Of a DNA stretch of 64,000 nucleotides, positions 32,037-42,240 are shown piece by piece. The stretch is from Nitrosopumilus sp. (GTDB lineage: Archaea; Thermoproteota; Nitrososphaeria; Nitrososphaerales; Nitrosopumilaceae): positions 1,632,001-1,696,000 of the forward strand of contig OY759726.1 of assembly GCA_963662625.1 (NCBI GenBank). Reading direction: 5' to 3'. Position 1 is the stretch's first letter; every line of letters begins with the position of its first letter. Under the pieces are notes generated by a model. It was not told the origin of the DNA, did no database searches, and saw only the letters and a list, made by a program, of their open reading frames with translations. Position numbers and translations under genes: made by a program.

Positions 32037-32147
32037 GGGTGACGGTGCGCGAGGCCATGCCCACGGATTGCCGTCCCGCGTCGTCCGACGTGTACCTGCC
32101 CCGCCCGGCGGGTGACGGTGCGCGAGGCCATGCCCACGGATTGCCGT
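32037..32147. repeat. Perfect 38-bp direct repeat pair with 35-bp insert
   Basis: gggtgacggtgcgcgaggccatgcccacggattgccgt at 32037-32074 and 32110-32147. Confidence 0.95.
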
Positions 32148-32299
32148 GGGCGCGGGGAGTGCGTCTGCCCGGAAAGGGCGTGTTCCACCGCGCCGCGCGG
32201 GGCCGCCGGCGTTTTGGGAGGGCCTGTGTGATGGGGCGCGCCCGATCCTAGTGCCTGGGGGCGTCACGCGCCGGGCTTTGCGTGGCAATGCACGCCGGA

Positions 32300-32630
32300 A
32301 GATCCCGGGAAGGCGCACAAGAAAGAGAAGGGCCCGAGGGCCAGGACCCGGATGGCCGCGGCGGGCATGGCGCGCATGAGCGATGAAGGCATCCGGCACA
32401 CGGCAGGCTCCCCCATGCAGTGCCCCGGCCGGGTGCTGTCTTGGGCGGGACGCCTCGGGGAGGGCGGCACCGGCGACCTCCGGGAGCCTTCCCAAGGGCG
32501 GGAGGCCGCCAAAGGCCAGGCTTGAGGAGATCCAGGGCATGCGGGGCGGCACGGGCGGCACCGCTGCCCAGGAGAGGCTCCGCGGGGACATGCGGCGGCA
32601 GCTGGGCGTGTCGGCGGGAGGTCCCCGGCG
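32300..32630 (+). pseudogene. IS630-type transposase HTH remnant
   Basis: Reads KAHKKEKGPRARTRM...WAGRLGEGGTGDLRE/LPKGGRPPK, an eroded version of the IS630 N-terminus. Confidence 0.55.
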
Positions 32631-32693
32631 CCCAAGATCTTTGGATCGCCGCCATGCGGGGGGTTGCCGCCGGCGGCGATGGCAGGAAACCGC

Positions 32694-32909
32694 TTACAGC
32701 AATCCGATGAATTCCTTTTTTGTCAAGCCACAGTCAGAGATTATCTGCAGCAGCAACCCCTTGCCAAGTTCTTTTTTTCTAGGAATCGAGGTCCACGCCC
32801 CCTTGCCGTCCTCAACTATGATGTGGCTTCCGGCCTGCCTGACTGGGCGAAAACCCACTTTTTGCAATGCCTTGAGCACTTCCAAATACCCGATGACGGG
32901 GAGGCTCAA
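32694..32909 (-). CDS. hicA: HicA-family toxin
   Basis: LQKVGF.PVRQAGSH...ELGKGLL.QII. Confidence 0.88.
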   Translation of the reverse strand: MSLPVIGYLEVLKALQKVGFRPVRQAGSHIIVEDGKGAWTSIPRKKELGKGLLLQIISDCGLTKKEFIGLL

Positions 32910-33118
32910 ATCGAAACCGTGACCAGTTCTGATGCCGAGTCCTTTTTGGCCTCAAGGTACGATCTGCATAACTTTATCGCCTTTTTTGTATCCGTGATTG
33001 CTTCCTCCTTTGTTCCGCCCTGGCCCCTGGCCTGCGGGATTTCCAGGCAGTGTCCGACAAAAAACTTTCCGTCTTCTTTAACCATGATGCTGTACTCTTT
33101 TTTACCCATGGTGCCCAT
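32906..33118 (-). CDS. hicB: HicB-family antitoxin (short form)
   Basis: EDGKFFVGHCLEIP..RGQGGTKEEAI; 4-bp overlap with hicA. Confidence 0.88.
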   Translation of the reverse strand: MGTMGKKEYSIMVKEDGKFFVGHCLEIPQARGQGGTKEEAITDTKKAIKLCRSYLEAKKDSASELVTVSI

Positions 33119-33196
33119 GGGCGAGTCTGTTTTATAACCCTACCTTAACCCTCAGTCAAGCGAAATATGCCCGATCCCGCCCCTCATGGAGGGGAC

Positions 33197-34340
33197 TAGT
33201 GACGATCATTGAAAATTTCCCCTCATATGGAGCGGTACGGGAACTTGCAGGTACCCGCCCTGATCGGGCACGTCCTGAAATGCCCCGAGACTGAGCGCCT
33301 CAAGTCATCCGGCGTCCCGTGGTGCCCGGGCGCGACCGGCCCGTGCTCTGCCCCCTCCCGCACGGCCCCCGCCGCGCCGGGCTTCGGCGTGGCGGCGGGA
33401 AGGCACGGCACCCCGATCTCTCGGCGGTCCCGCGGGCGTTCCCCCGCGCCCGCCGTCCCGTGCTGCCCCGCGCTGCCCGCTGTCACCAGCGCGCGCTCCC
33501 GCTCGCGCCGGATCTCCCCGGGGCACGCCAGGAAGGCGTCCCCGCCGGACCTGCCGCACGGCCGCACCGGCCCCGTCCCGTCTGCCGCGAGGGAGCCGCG
33601 CGCGACTGCCCCGTCCCCCCTGCCGGACCTGCCGGCGGCGACCCCCTCCCCGACGCGGGACCAGAGCCTCCTGCCGTTGGTGCCCGTCCCGGCGATGACG
33701 GGCCCGTCCTGCACCACCATCATCATCTTGCGCCTCCTTGCGCGCGCAACCGCGCCTGCCGCACCGGCCCGCCGCCGCCGCACCGCGTCGTCGTCTGCGG
33801 CTGCGGCGTATCCTGTCGTGGGCCCCTTGGGGGAGAACCCCGGTTCCCCCGTGATCCCGCGCGCGCCGCGCGGGCCGTGCGCGCGCCCGGGCTTCCGGCG
33901 CGTCCCGTCGCGGGGCCTCCCCGGCGCGGGCACGCCCATGCGGCAGGGCCTGCCGGCAAGCCTGCCCATGGGGCCGTACCGGACGCGCGGGTTCCTTCCC
34001 CTGCCGGGAATGTCCCGGAGGCCGCCGGCGCCGCCGGCGCCGGACCGTTCCACCCACAGGCGGACGGTGCGCTGTCCCGCGTCCGCAAGGCACGCGGCGT
34101 CACTCGCGGGGTATCCGCCGGGCACCCCGCGCACTGCCATCATCCTGTTGCGGATCCTGGCGTCCCTCCCTGCGCGCATGGCCTCCGTCAGGTCCCGTAG
34201 TTTCCTGTCGGTCTCGCCCGTGGATGGTTCGGCGATCCGGCGATCAATAAGCTTTTCTGCAGTGCGACCTCCCAGGGGGGGGGAATTATTTGTGAGCGTT
34301 ACTCTGGCCCTTAAGCATTCGGTTTTGATCGGTCTCACTC
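33197..34340 (-). mobile_element. IS630-family element, heavily eroded but frame still open (33223-34338)
   Basis: RTVRLWVER..GLRDIPGRGR HTH; catalytic motifs decayed (VVQDG, DNA>GSA, YSPELN>ATPKPG); ends approximate. Confidence 0.7.
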
Positions 34341-34423
34341 TAGCGTGGTTCAGTCCAGTATTGTGTTACATAATGATCGGTGAACCCGGCCAAGCTGACT
34401 ATGCACGCAATCGTAAAAACTCC

Positions 34424-35341
34424 TCATTTTTTGGATAACGTGCCTGCTTCACACCCACGTGTAACATTACGATATTGCCCGTCCCAAAATATTTCTGCTA
34501 CCATGATGTAGTTGATCCCTATACTACGTAGTTTTTTTCTAACGCCTTTTTTATTCCCATGCAGCATCGATTTAATAAGTGGGTGCCTCATGATAGTTAA
34601 TATTGATTTGAGGGACAGTTTTTTGTTCCAGATGGGCCAAAACGTCTTATTTGTACTCCCGCCCCCGTGTTCACACGACACTGTTTCCAGTCCCTTGTTT
34701 GCAGGAACGCACCAATAGTTGGTAAACCCTACCGCCGCAAGGCGATTTGCACCGTCGACCCCTAGGAATCTATCTTTTGTTGGGTCGCGACTTCTATACG
34801 CATGAGGCCTGTACTCTCTATGATCCCACCTGAACCCTATGTCAGAATCGTCTTTGTATTCCCATTTCTCAAACAACACATTCCAAACATCTTCTTTCAC
34901 ACATTCTGCAGTATCTTCACTGAAATTTGTGGCCTTCATCAACCTCTCCAAAAAGTATTGGTGTCCTGCACCCAACAACATGCACAGTGGTGGGTATTGA
35001 ACATGTTCTTTACGCAATGCGCCGTCTGATCCCAGAGACGCCATTATTTCATGAGGCGTTTTCTCTTGAAGCTTTTGGAATTTCTCAGGCGAAAGTTTTA
35101 GTGTTTTTTCCTCAAACTGCATCAACGATCCGACATGGGCAATCCCCTCCACCACTGCGTCAACCATGTCTGCCTTGTTTGTGGTATGAGACAAGTGCAA
35201 ATGTGGCACAACCCCATCCCATGATGCCTGCGCATTCCATCCTGGACGCGAGTAGTCCAGCACTTTGAGCAGGCCTAGCAACGCAAGAAACGCTAAAAGA
35301 TTGTCGTGTTCAAATCCCGCCAGCCTGATCTCGCTATTCAT
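34424..35341 (-). CDS. csb3: Type I-G Cas8g2/Csb3-type large subunit
   Basis: NLLAFLALLG N-terminus, WD..EYR..A....DP and GANRLAAVG motifs; last gene of csb1-csb2-cas3 operon. Confidence 0.72.
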   Translation of the reverse strand: MNSEIRLAGFEHDNLLAFLALLGLLKVLDYSRPGWNAQASWDGVVPHLHLSHTTNKADMVDAVVEGIAHVGSLMQFEEKTLKLSPEKFQKLQEKTPHEIMASLGSDGALRKEHVQYPPLCMLLGAGHQYFLERLMKATNFSEDTAECVKEDVWNVLFEKWEYKDDSDIGFRWDHREYRPHAYRSRDPTKDRFLGVDGANRLAAVGFTNYWCVPANKGLETVSCEHGGGSTNKTFWPIWNKKLSLKSILTIMRHPLIKSMLHGNKKGVRKKLRSIGINYIMVAEIFWDGQYRNVTRGCEAGTLSKK

Positions 35342-38202
35342 GAGGATGCCTCCTTTTCAGATTGGCGGTGATCTGCCAAGCGGATCATGGCCTCCATGTA
35401 CGCCAGTTGCCAATACCCGTATTTTTGGCATAAATGTTCTACCATTTCTATCCACCCAGAATCTATCCGCATGAGGTCGTAGTTTGATACCGCTTTTACA
35501 CCATCAAACCGGAATGTTCTGGAATAGTCCGCGTACTTCCCACTGACAATCGGGAACACTGGCCTGCCATACCCATGATGCGTTCCTATTAGGTATTCTA
35601 CAAGCTGATGATCGTGTGAGTTTTTCATGCTGGGATGGCTCCTTGCGATGTTTACCGACCAGCATTCGTGCCTATATCCTGAAGGGAGCCGCGCCAAATC
35701 TAGGAATTTTTCATATTCTTTTTTGCTATCTATGCTTGATGTTCCCTTTGCAATCAACTTGTCATCTAACAACTCATCCGGATCTTGCTTGCGCAACAGT
35801 GCCTGCACCCTTTTCTCTGCCTTTCCAGCATCGTGTAATAACGCGGCCAACTCTATGTCCTTCAGAATTTTTTTATTCATTCCTACACTGGTTCCAAACG
35901 CCTCTACATGTTCTTGCACGCCCTTGCAATGCCGCAGCAAATCGATGGGCTTGGTGCCCATGGCAGATTTGTATTCTTCCTCCGTGGTAGATTCCCCTCC
36001 GTGGATTTCATTTTGTGCATAGCCATACATGTCTGAGTCTGGATCGCTTGAAAATATTTCTTTGATCTCTTCCAGCGTGACTTTTCGTTTGTATGTGACA
36101 CCCTGTACCAATGCAGCGTCACCGCTAACCACAATCTTTACATCTGTGGATTTAATGTTGCGTTTCATTATGTTGAGCATACCCTTCCACATTGTGGGAA
36201 TTCCTTCTATGGAATGGATTCCATTTAATAGATCGCCGGTGTTTCCTGATTCTGAATATTCCGCAATAATTTTTTTGACTTGATCGCACACATCAGAACC
36301 ACACACAGATTTTACAAACTCTTCGTTTAATCGTATTCCCAATCTCCTTCGATGAATGATGTTGGCCTCGATTCCGATATCTGAAACAGGTACTCTGCTG
36401 TTGTCATCCCAACCGTATCTGTCACACCCGCCACGCGTGGAAGGTACCAATATGACATCACCCGGCTTTATGCTTCCTGAATCTATGTGTTCTGTACCGT
36501 TACCTGCCCACCGCACAACTCTGCCATCGGATCCACTTCCTTCGCTTTCAAGAACTCCCTCCATGTCGCTCAGGGAGTAATCCGTTTCGCTTGAGAGCCA
36601 TTTCTTAGCGGTCCAGACAGGGATCGATACGGCCTCCAGCGGCGATGGTGGGTTGACCAGTGTCTGATCAGTTTCTGTTTCACCTGTAATGTCGACGCGC
36701 CAAATCAACTGTATGTCTGGGGATTTGGACTCCCTTCCATGTAAAAAGAACTGTGGGGCTGGATCTGGGTTGGGGGGAGGCCTAGTTTGTGCCCAAAACT
36801 GCAGATATAGGGGATTCAGGGTTACAGTGTCTGCCCTTGGCGCAATGATGTCTTCGCCCTCAGGCAGTTTGAAGTATTTTATGCCAAAATCCACTATGTT
36901 TTCGTCTGCATGTTCTTCAAGATGCTTCCACACATGTGGTAGCACCTTCCCATACACAGGATCCGGTTTGTTGCTAGAGAGTTCCTGTTTGATTGCTATG
37001 ATCACTGCGTTGCTGGAATTGTTGTTTCCAAATCTATTCAGCCTGCCAAAACGTTGGCATAATGAATCAACAGGTGCAATCTGCGTCACCATGGCATCGA
37101 AGCTCACGTCTACGCCTACCTCGACGCATTGTGTTGCTACAAAGAAAACTTTTTTCCCTGGCATAATCTCGGCTTCGCCACGTATGGCTTCGATGCTATT
37201 TTTTACAAATGTGTCACGTTCAAGCGGCCTTGCCCTGCCTATGAGGAGATGAACAACACATCCTTTATACCTGCTGTTTTGCTCGATCCGCCTTCCTATC
37301 AGTGAAAATACATCCCTTGCCATCTTCACCCTGTTCACCACCACGCCTATGGATTTCACACTGTCGCCCTCGGCCAGTTTGAATGCCGACTCGACAAATT
37401 TTTCACGCTGCTTATCCATGTTAGTGGTTATGAGTTCCGCATACTTGTGTGCGGATATTCTCTTTTGCAGTTTGTCGTCGTTGAACATTTTATCCTTGCT
37501 GTTGGGCCATGATGAACTCTTGTCTGCAAGCGTGGCGCTCATAAACACGAACTTGAACGGCAGCATTGCGTTCTCAGGTTGCATGGCCTGGATGCTCTTC
37601 AGCGTGTCACAGAAGGGCTTCGACGTGTGGGCTTCGTCCAAAATATATAGCACATCCGATCCAAGCAAGCCTGCGTGGATGGGCTTCATCGAGTCTGACA
37701 CACCATACCCTCGAAATAACAGTCTAGAGCCTGCCTGGTCTACGGTAGAAATAATCACAGATGGCTGTGTGGGGGTTCTAACCCAGTCATTTTCTTGTGG
37801 CATGCCGCCCCTGATCTTGACTACCTCCAATGGCACGCCGTGAAATGAAGTGTTTTTGAGCAATTTAGCTATCTGTCTTGACACGCGCCCTTGTGACTCT
37901 CGTATGTTTTTAGCAATTTTGCACGCATGCCTAAAGGCGTCATCCACCACCAGGCGACGATCAACAACAAAAACTATCCTCATGGGTGCTTTTCTGTTTT
38001 GCTTCTTGGCGGACTCTAGCGCTAGATGAAATACCGCTATGTCGATCACTGATGTCTTTCCGGCCGCGGTGGGAAGGTTTAATGCTTGGGGCCATTCCCC
38101 GGCCGTACATACCTGCTCTGCAAGCTTAGATTGCCACTTGAATGGGGGGTGCCCGTGCGTCTCCTCAAAGAAGGTACTGAAATCAGACGTAGCGAGTCTC
38201 AT
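35338..38202 (-). CDS. cas3: Type I-G Cas3 (helicase with C-terminal HD nuclease), module 2
   Basis: PTAAGKT, DEAH, QRFGRLNR, LHDAGK, THHG; ATGA overlaps on both sides. Confidence 0.93.
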   Translation of the reverse strand: MRLATSDFSTFFEETHGHPPFKWQSKLAEQVCTAGEWPQALNLPTAAGKTSVIDIAVFHLALESAKKQNRKAPMRIVFVVDRRLVVDDAFRHACKIAKNIRESQGRVSRQIAKLLKNTSFHGVPLEVVKIRGGMPQENDWVRTPTQPSVIISTVDQAGSRLLFRGYGVSDSMKPIHAGLLGSDVLYILDEAHTSKPFCDTLKSIQAMQPENAMLPFKFVFMSATLADKSSSWPNSKDKMFNDDKLQKRISAHKYAELITTNMDKQREKFVESAFKLAEGDSVKSIGVVVNRVKMARDVFSLIGRRIEQNSRYKGCVVHLLIGRARPLERDTFVKNSIEAIRGEAEIMPGKKVFFVATQCVEVGVDVSFDAMVTQIAPVDSLCQRFGRLNRFGNNNSSNAVIIAIKQELSSNKPDPVYGKVLPHVWKHLEEHADENIVDFGIKYFKLPEGEDIIAPRADTVTLNPLYLQFWAQTRPPPNPDPAPQFFLHGRESKSPDIQLIWRVDITGETETDQTLVNPPSPLEAVSIPVWTAKKWLSSETDYSLSDMEGVLESEGSGSDGRVVRWAGNGTEHIDSGSIKPGDVILVPSTRGGCDRYGWDDNSRVPVSDIGIEANIIHRRRLGIRLNEEFVKSVCGSDVCDQVKKIIAEYSESGNTGDLLNGIHSIEGIPTMWKGMLNIMKRNIKSTDVKIVVSGDAALVQGVTYKRKVTLEEIKEIFSSDPDSDMYGYAQNEIHGGESTTEEEYKSAMGTKPIDLLRHCKGVQEHVEAFGTSVGMNKKILKDIELAALLHDAGKAEKRVQALLRKQDPDELLDDKLIAKGTSSIDSKKEYEKFLDLARLPSGYRHECWSVNIARSHPSMKNSHDHQLVEYLIGTHHGYGRPVFPIVSGKYADYSRTFRFDGVKAVSNYDLMRIDSGWIEMVEHLCQKYGYWQLAYMEAMIRLADHRQSEKEASS

Positions 38203-39677
38203 GGCTCTCCACTCATGCACAAACCCAATCCGTAGTACCGCCCTGAACCTAGCAACAACGGACCACGTATCTTGTATTTAAATTCCAACACTGCATGACA
38301 GATGAATTTGTTATCTAGCATTCCTGCCTTGGGAGATTTCCACCCCCTGTTTGATTTTGACACGAATGCCGCAGGTGCACCGGCCACTTGAGAATACCTG
38401 GATATTTTTACGCGTTCCGGCCTTGGGAGCCCAACATTCTCACAACTGTCGGATATTATGGTCTCTGCACTCTTGTTTTTCTTTGGGTGCTTGTCCAACA
38501 CAATGGGGGTGACTGTATCCCATACACTGCTCTTAGTGGTATACCGTTGCGACTGCAAGGACATCTTGTCCTCATTGGATTTTTTGAGTTTTATGACAGC
38601 ATGTTCGCTAAGATAAAGTGTTCCCACATCGTCGCGATCAGATTTGTCATGATCTGAATTCAGGAACCTAAACACAGAGCGCTTTAATTGGATCCTTTCA
38701 TCCGTTCCATATGATGATCTGCTAGGTAATACCAGCGCAATTCCAACAAGCCTGCCGTCAGAATACTCTTTCCATCCGACGTTCGCCATGGGGATTATGG
38801 CCATGTGTGGTTTTTGAAGGACACCTTTGTTCCGGCCATGTCCTGAGATCACCTCGTGTATGGGGTCATCTATGTGTGACATTATGGCGTTCCTGAGCTT
38901 TTTTGCTATTATAGGAAATGATTCCAATGGGGGATTGATGTCGCCTTTCACACATGAAAGAATGATCCAGTCACCCCCCATGTTGTTTGGGATGTCTTCT
39001 GGCACGAATTCGTGATACTGGCAAGTGGGTGCCGCATTTGGTCTCCACACAAACCGTCCGCCAGTACTAGAATGGGATTCATATTCCTGACTCACGTTAT
39101 CAAAGCGTCCCTTGTATGGGCACCGCATGGAGATCATCCCATCATCATCACAGACATACTTGTTTTCCCATGCGTAGTTTGTATTGGACTTTAATACAAC
39201 CCTTACCAGCGATGCGGGATGGCCTAACCATGATATTCGATTTGCAATGTTCTGCAATGAGCCGTATGTTTTCTCTGGGATGCTTGTGTTATTCCAGACT
39301 AGATGGATGCAACACTGATCATTTGGAAGTATAACTGCCGGAAACGCCCTCTCTTTTCTCGCTATGCTGTTCTCCATCTCGTATATTGGAATATTTTTCA
39401 GGTACTTTGGTAGATTTTCACTGTTGCTTGATGTCGGAACAAAATTTGTGAATGAATCACGTAGATTCGTGTCTGGGAATAGTATGTCTGGTGGATTCTG
39501 AGCCTCAAGCCATCGCAATGCATTGGATTCCTCAGAATCTTTGCCTGATTGACCCCATGCTGCAACAAATGCTAAAAACACTCTGTCTGGGTGTGGGGGC
39601 CACTCTGCCTGGTTTTTTTTATCATGCCGTGCTGCAAATGAGACACGATTAAGATACTCGATTTCAATTGAAAACAT
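38199..39677 (-). CDS. csb2: Type I-G Csb2 (Cas5/Cas6 fusion), module 2
   Basis: EWPPHPDR, W.TVTP, GPLLLGSGRYYGLGLC. Confidence 0.9.
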   Translation of the reverse strand: MFSIEIEYLNRVSFAARHDKKNQAEWPPHPDRVFLAFVAAWGQSGKDSEESNALRWLEAQNPPDILFPDTNLRDSFTNFVPTSSNSENLPKYLKNIPIYEMENSIARKERAFPAVILPNDQCCIHLVWNNTSIPEKTYGSLQNIANRISWLGHPASLVRVVLKSNTNYAWENKYVCDDDGMISMRCPYKGRFDNVSQEYESHSSTGGRFVWRPNAAPTCQYHEFVPEDIPNNMGGDWIILSCVKGDINPPLESFPIIAKKLRNAIMSHIDDPIHEVISGHGRNKGVLQKPHMAIIPMANVGWKEYSDGRLVGIALVLPSRSSYGTDERIQLKRSVFRFLNSDHDKSDRDDVGTLYLSEHAVIKLKKSNEDKMSLQSQRYTTKSSVWDTVTPIVLDKHPKKNKSAETIISDSCENVGLPRPERVKISRYSQVAGAPAAFVSKSNRGWKSPKAGMLDNKFICHAVLEFKYKIRGPLLLGSGRYYGLGLCMSGEP

Positions 39678-39683
39678 TTCCAG

Positions 39684-40877
39684 CTAGTCTGCTTTAGGCT
39701 CTCTTGATTTTTTTATGAGATCGACAAGTTTTTTTTGTGGGGTTAGTTTTATGAATTCGGTTTCCCAACGAAGCCCCCGTTTTTTTGCGTTTTTTACGGA
39801 ATCTACCAGCAACATTTTTGCGCCATCTGCAGTTAATTGCATCTTTTTTATGTCACCGTCATTCTCGATGATTTCAAAGCATGATTTTTCTTCTGGATAC
39901 AAATCGCATCTTGACCTAAGCGAAAAACCATTTTTGTCATGTTGTGTCACTGCGCAAAGCGATAATGCTGCGAGTGTAGTCCATGCAGCTAGATTCCTTT
40001 CGTGGGTGACGGTATTATCCTCGTTAGGGAATGATAGCCGTCTGAGCCCTGCAAACGTTATAGCTGTGGTTTGCTGTGCATAATCCATTGTAACACCCTG
40101 CTCTGATATGATCGGTGGGATGTTTCCGTGCATTACATCTGACGGTTTGGCATTTTTACTGTCTGCAAACTTGCCTAGCGACCACTTGGCGGAAGACTTT
40201 GACTTGAAAATTTCAACCTTCTCTATCTCTAACGGATCGATTCTGCTCCCTGGCTTTTTGCCCTCAGCCGTATAGTGATGATTACCAGCTTGGTCATGTT
40301 CATTCTTGACCGGAACATTGACTCCGACGATTTCTGAAACCACGCATCGTTGAAATCTGGGCCCGTTTCCACCTCTGTCGCCACTGGAGTTCCATCCGCC
40401 AAAAATTAGTGTGGTGGGAGAGTAGTGAAACAATTCTGTAGCGTTTGATGGAGTGGCTTTGTCTACCGCAACACCAATATCTGTTTTAGGAAAGTCCACT
40501 TTGTTTAGCTGAGAATCGCGTATGATCGCATCAAATATTCTGTGCGGGGCTGTCAAAACGGAAACTGTGCCTATTCCATCTATATGATCACTAAAGTCTA
40601 CACCTATGTTGGGAATTTCTAACTCCCCTGCCTGTAAGGCGTTTGATAAGGCTATTTCAAATCTGTTAGCTTGTGATTGCACACTGTCAAGCAAAACACA
40701 TACTGTGTCTTTGCCATCAATTCGTCTTTTCTCAAAAATATGTATTGGTTTTTTATCATTTCCAAGATAAGTTGGTGGTGAAACGTAACTGCCTGTTTTA
40801 TTAATCGGCTGTAAACGACGAACGCGACGTATAGCACTTGAATTTGATACAGTTTCCATAAACTCGGCGATCTTCAT
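39684..40877 (-). CDS. csb1: Type I-G Csb1 (Cas7), module 2
   Basis: PPTY, LLDSVQSQANRFE, PHRIFDA, LRSRCDL. Confidence 0.9.
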   Translation of the reverse strand: MKIAEFMETVSNSSAIRRVRRLQPINKTGSYVSPPTYLGNDKKPIHIFEKRRIDGKDTVCVLLDSVQSQANRFEIALSNALQAGELEIPNIGVDFSDHIDGIGTVSVLTAPHRIFDAIIRDSQLNKVDFPKTDIGVAVDKATPSNATELFHYSPTTLIFGGWNSSGDRGGNGPRFQRCVVSEIVGVNVPVKNEHDQAGNHHYTAEGKKPGSRIDPLEIEKVEIFKSKSSAKWSLGKFADSKNAKPSDVMHGNIPPIISEQGVTMDYAQQTTAITFAGLRRLSFPNEDNTVTHERNLAAWTTLAALSLCAVTQHDKNGFSLRSRCDLYPEEKSCFEIIENDGDIKKMQLTADGAKMLLVDSVKNAKKRGLRWETEFIKLTPQKKLVDLIKKSREPKAD

Positions 40878-40928
40878 TTATACGTATACTAAGTGGATGT
40901 ATGTAGTTATAATCTTTATGCAGTATTC

Positions 40929-42225
40929 TAGTCTGTTGCACAACTCGGCACGATCCCCGGGCCGTGGCCAGGCCGTGCCGCTTGGAGTCCCTACGCCCCC
41001 GCCTCCCCCGCCCACCGGTTGTACTGGGCCACCCTGAGCCTTACCTCCTGCACGATGTTCTCCCACCTGCGCGAGTGCACGTGGTCCCCGAACATCCTCT
41101 TGAACGCCGATATGATTATCTCGATCAGCCACCTCCTGCCGTACCCCTTCCTGGCCTTCCAGTACCGGACGTTCTCCTCCCTCTCCCTCGTGCCCATCCT
41201 GTCGACGCGCGCCTCCGGGCCGCCCCCCAGCTGGTCCCGCACCGCCTCGCCCCACGCGCCGCCGGCGCCCTTGCCCCTGGCGGTGGACGCCACCTTGACC
41301 GGGATGATAGGCCCCACGCCCATGTCGCGGCACCTCCGCATGTTGTCCCGCGACGCGTACGCCCCGTCCGCGATCAGGCGCGCCCCGTGGGAGCCGGGCG
41401 GCTGGCCGCACTGCAGCGCGAGCGGCGCCACGCCGCTCGCGAGGAGGTTGGGCGGGGGCGAGCCCACGCGCGGCAGGGGATCCCCCGCCGCGGCTGCCTT
41501 CCCGCGGATCAGCGCCATGCGCCTGTCCTGCTTCCCCGCCGGCTTCCCGTCCGGCTTCCCGTCCGGCTTCCCGTCCGGCTTCCCGCCACGCGGCTCCACC
41601 ACGGTTCCCAGGAGCTCCTTCAGCATGGGGGAGTCGCCCGTCCTGTCGTCGGTCACCACCGCCGCGAGTATCTTCTTCGTGTCGGCGTCGGCCAGCAGGT
41701 GCAGCTTGACGAACCCGCGCTTCACCTTCCACTTCTTCCGTATCCACTCGCCCCGGTTGCACTGCTTCAGGCCCGTGGCGTCGGCCAGCAGGGTCATGGG
41801 CTGGCCGCCGCCGGAGACGCGGACGACTCCCCCGCCGATGTCCACGTCGAGGCGCGCCATCCTCCTGGCCAGCACCGAGTAGTGCGGCGCGCCGTGCCCC
41901 CCCAGCATCCCCGCGAGGAGCCCGGACAGCTGCCTGTACTGTACCCCGAGCGAGGTCCTCACCGCGGCGGCGGCCATGACCAGCGCCCCGGCGTACCTGA
42001 ACGGGGCGCCCTCCTTGCCGGCGTTGGCCTCCCTCAGGTCGTCCTCCCAGCCGGGGTCATACGACACAGCCAGGCCCCTCCCGCGCCTGACGTATTTCTC
42101 GTTGTCGGTCGCAGCCAACGGGGACGGTGCGCGGCCGTGATCCAAGGCCTTTTCGGTTTGACATGGTTGGGCCGGGGGTTCAACTGTTTAGACCCGGCAA
42201 TTTCTGGCAGTTGTGCAACAGACTA
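40929..42225 (-). mobile_element. IS5-family element, transposase 40991-42145
   Basis: 17-bp TIR tagtctgttgcacaact, 8-bp TSD cagtattc, motifs ADATG, KLH, ADGAY, YGRRWLIE. Confidence 0.9.
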
Positions 42226-42240
42226 CAGTATTCGGGTATG

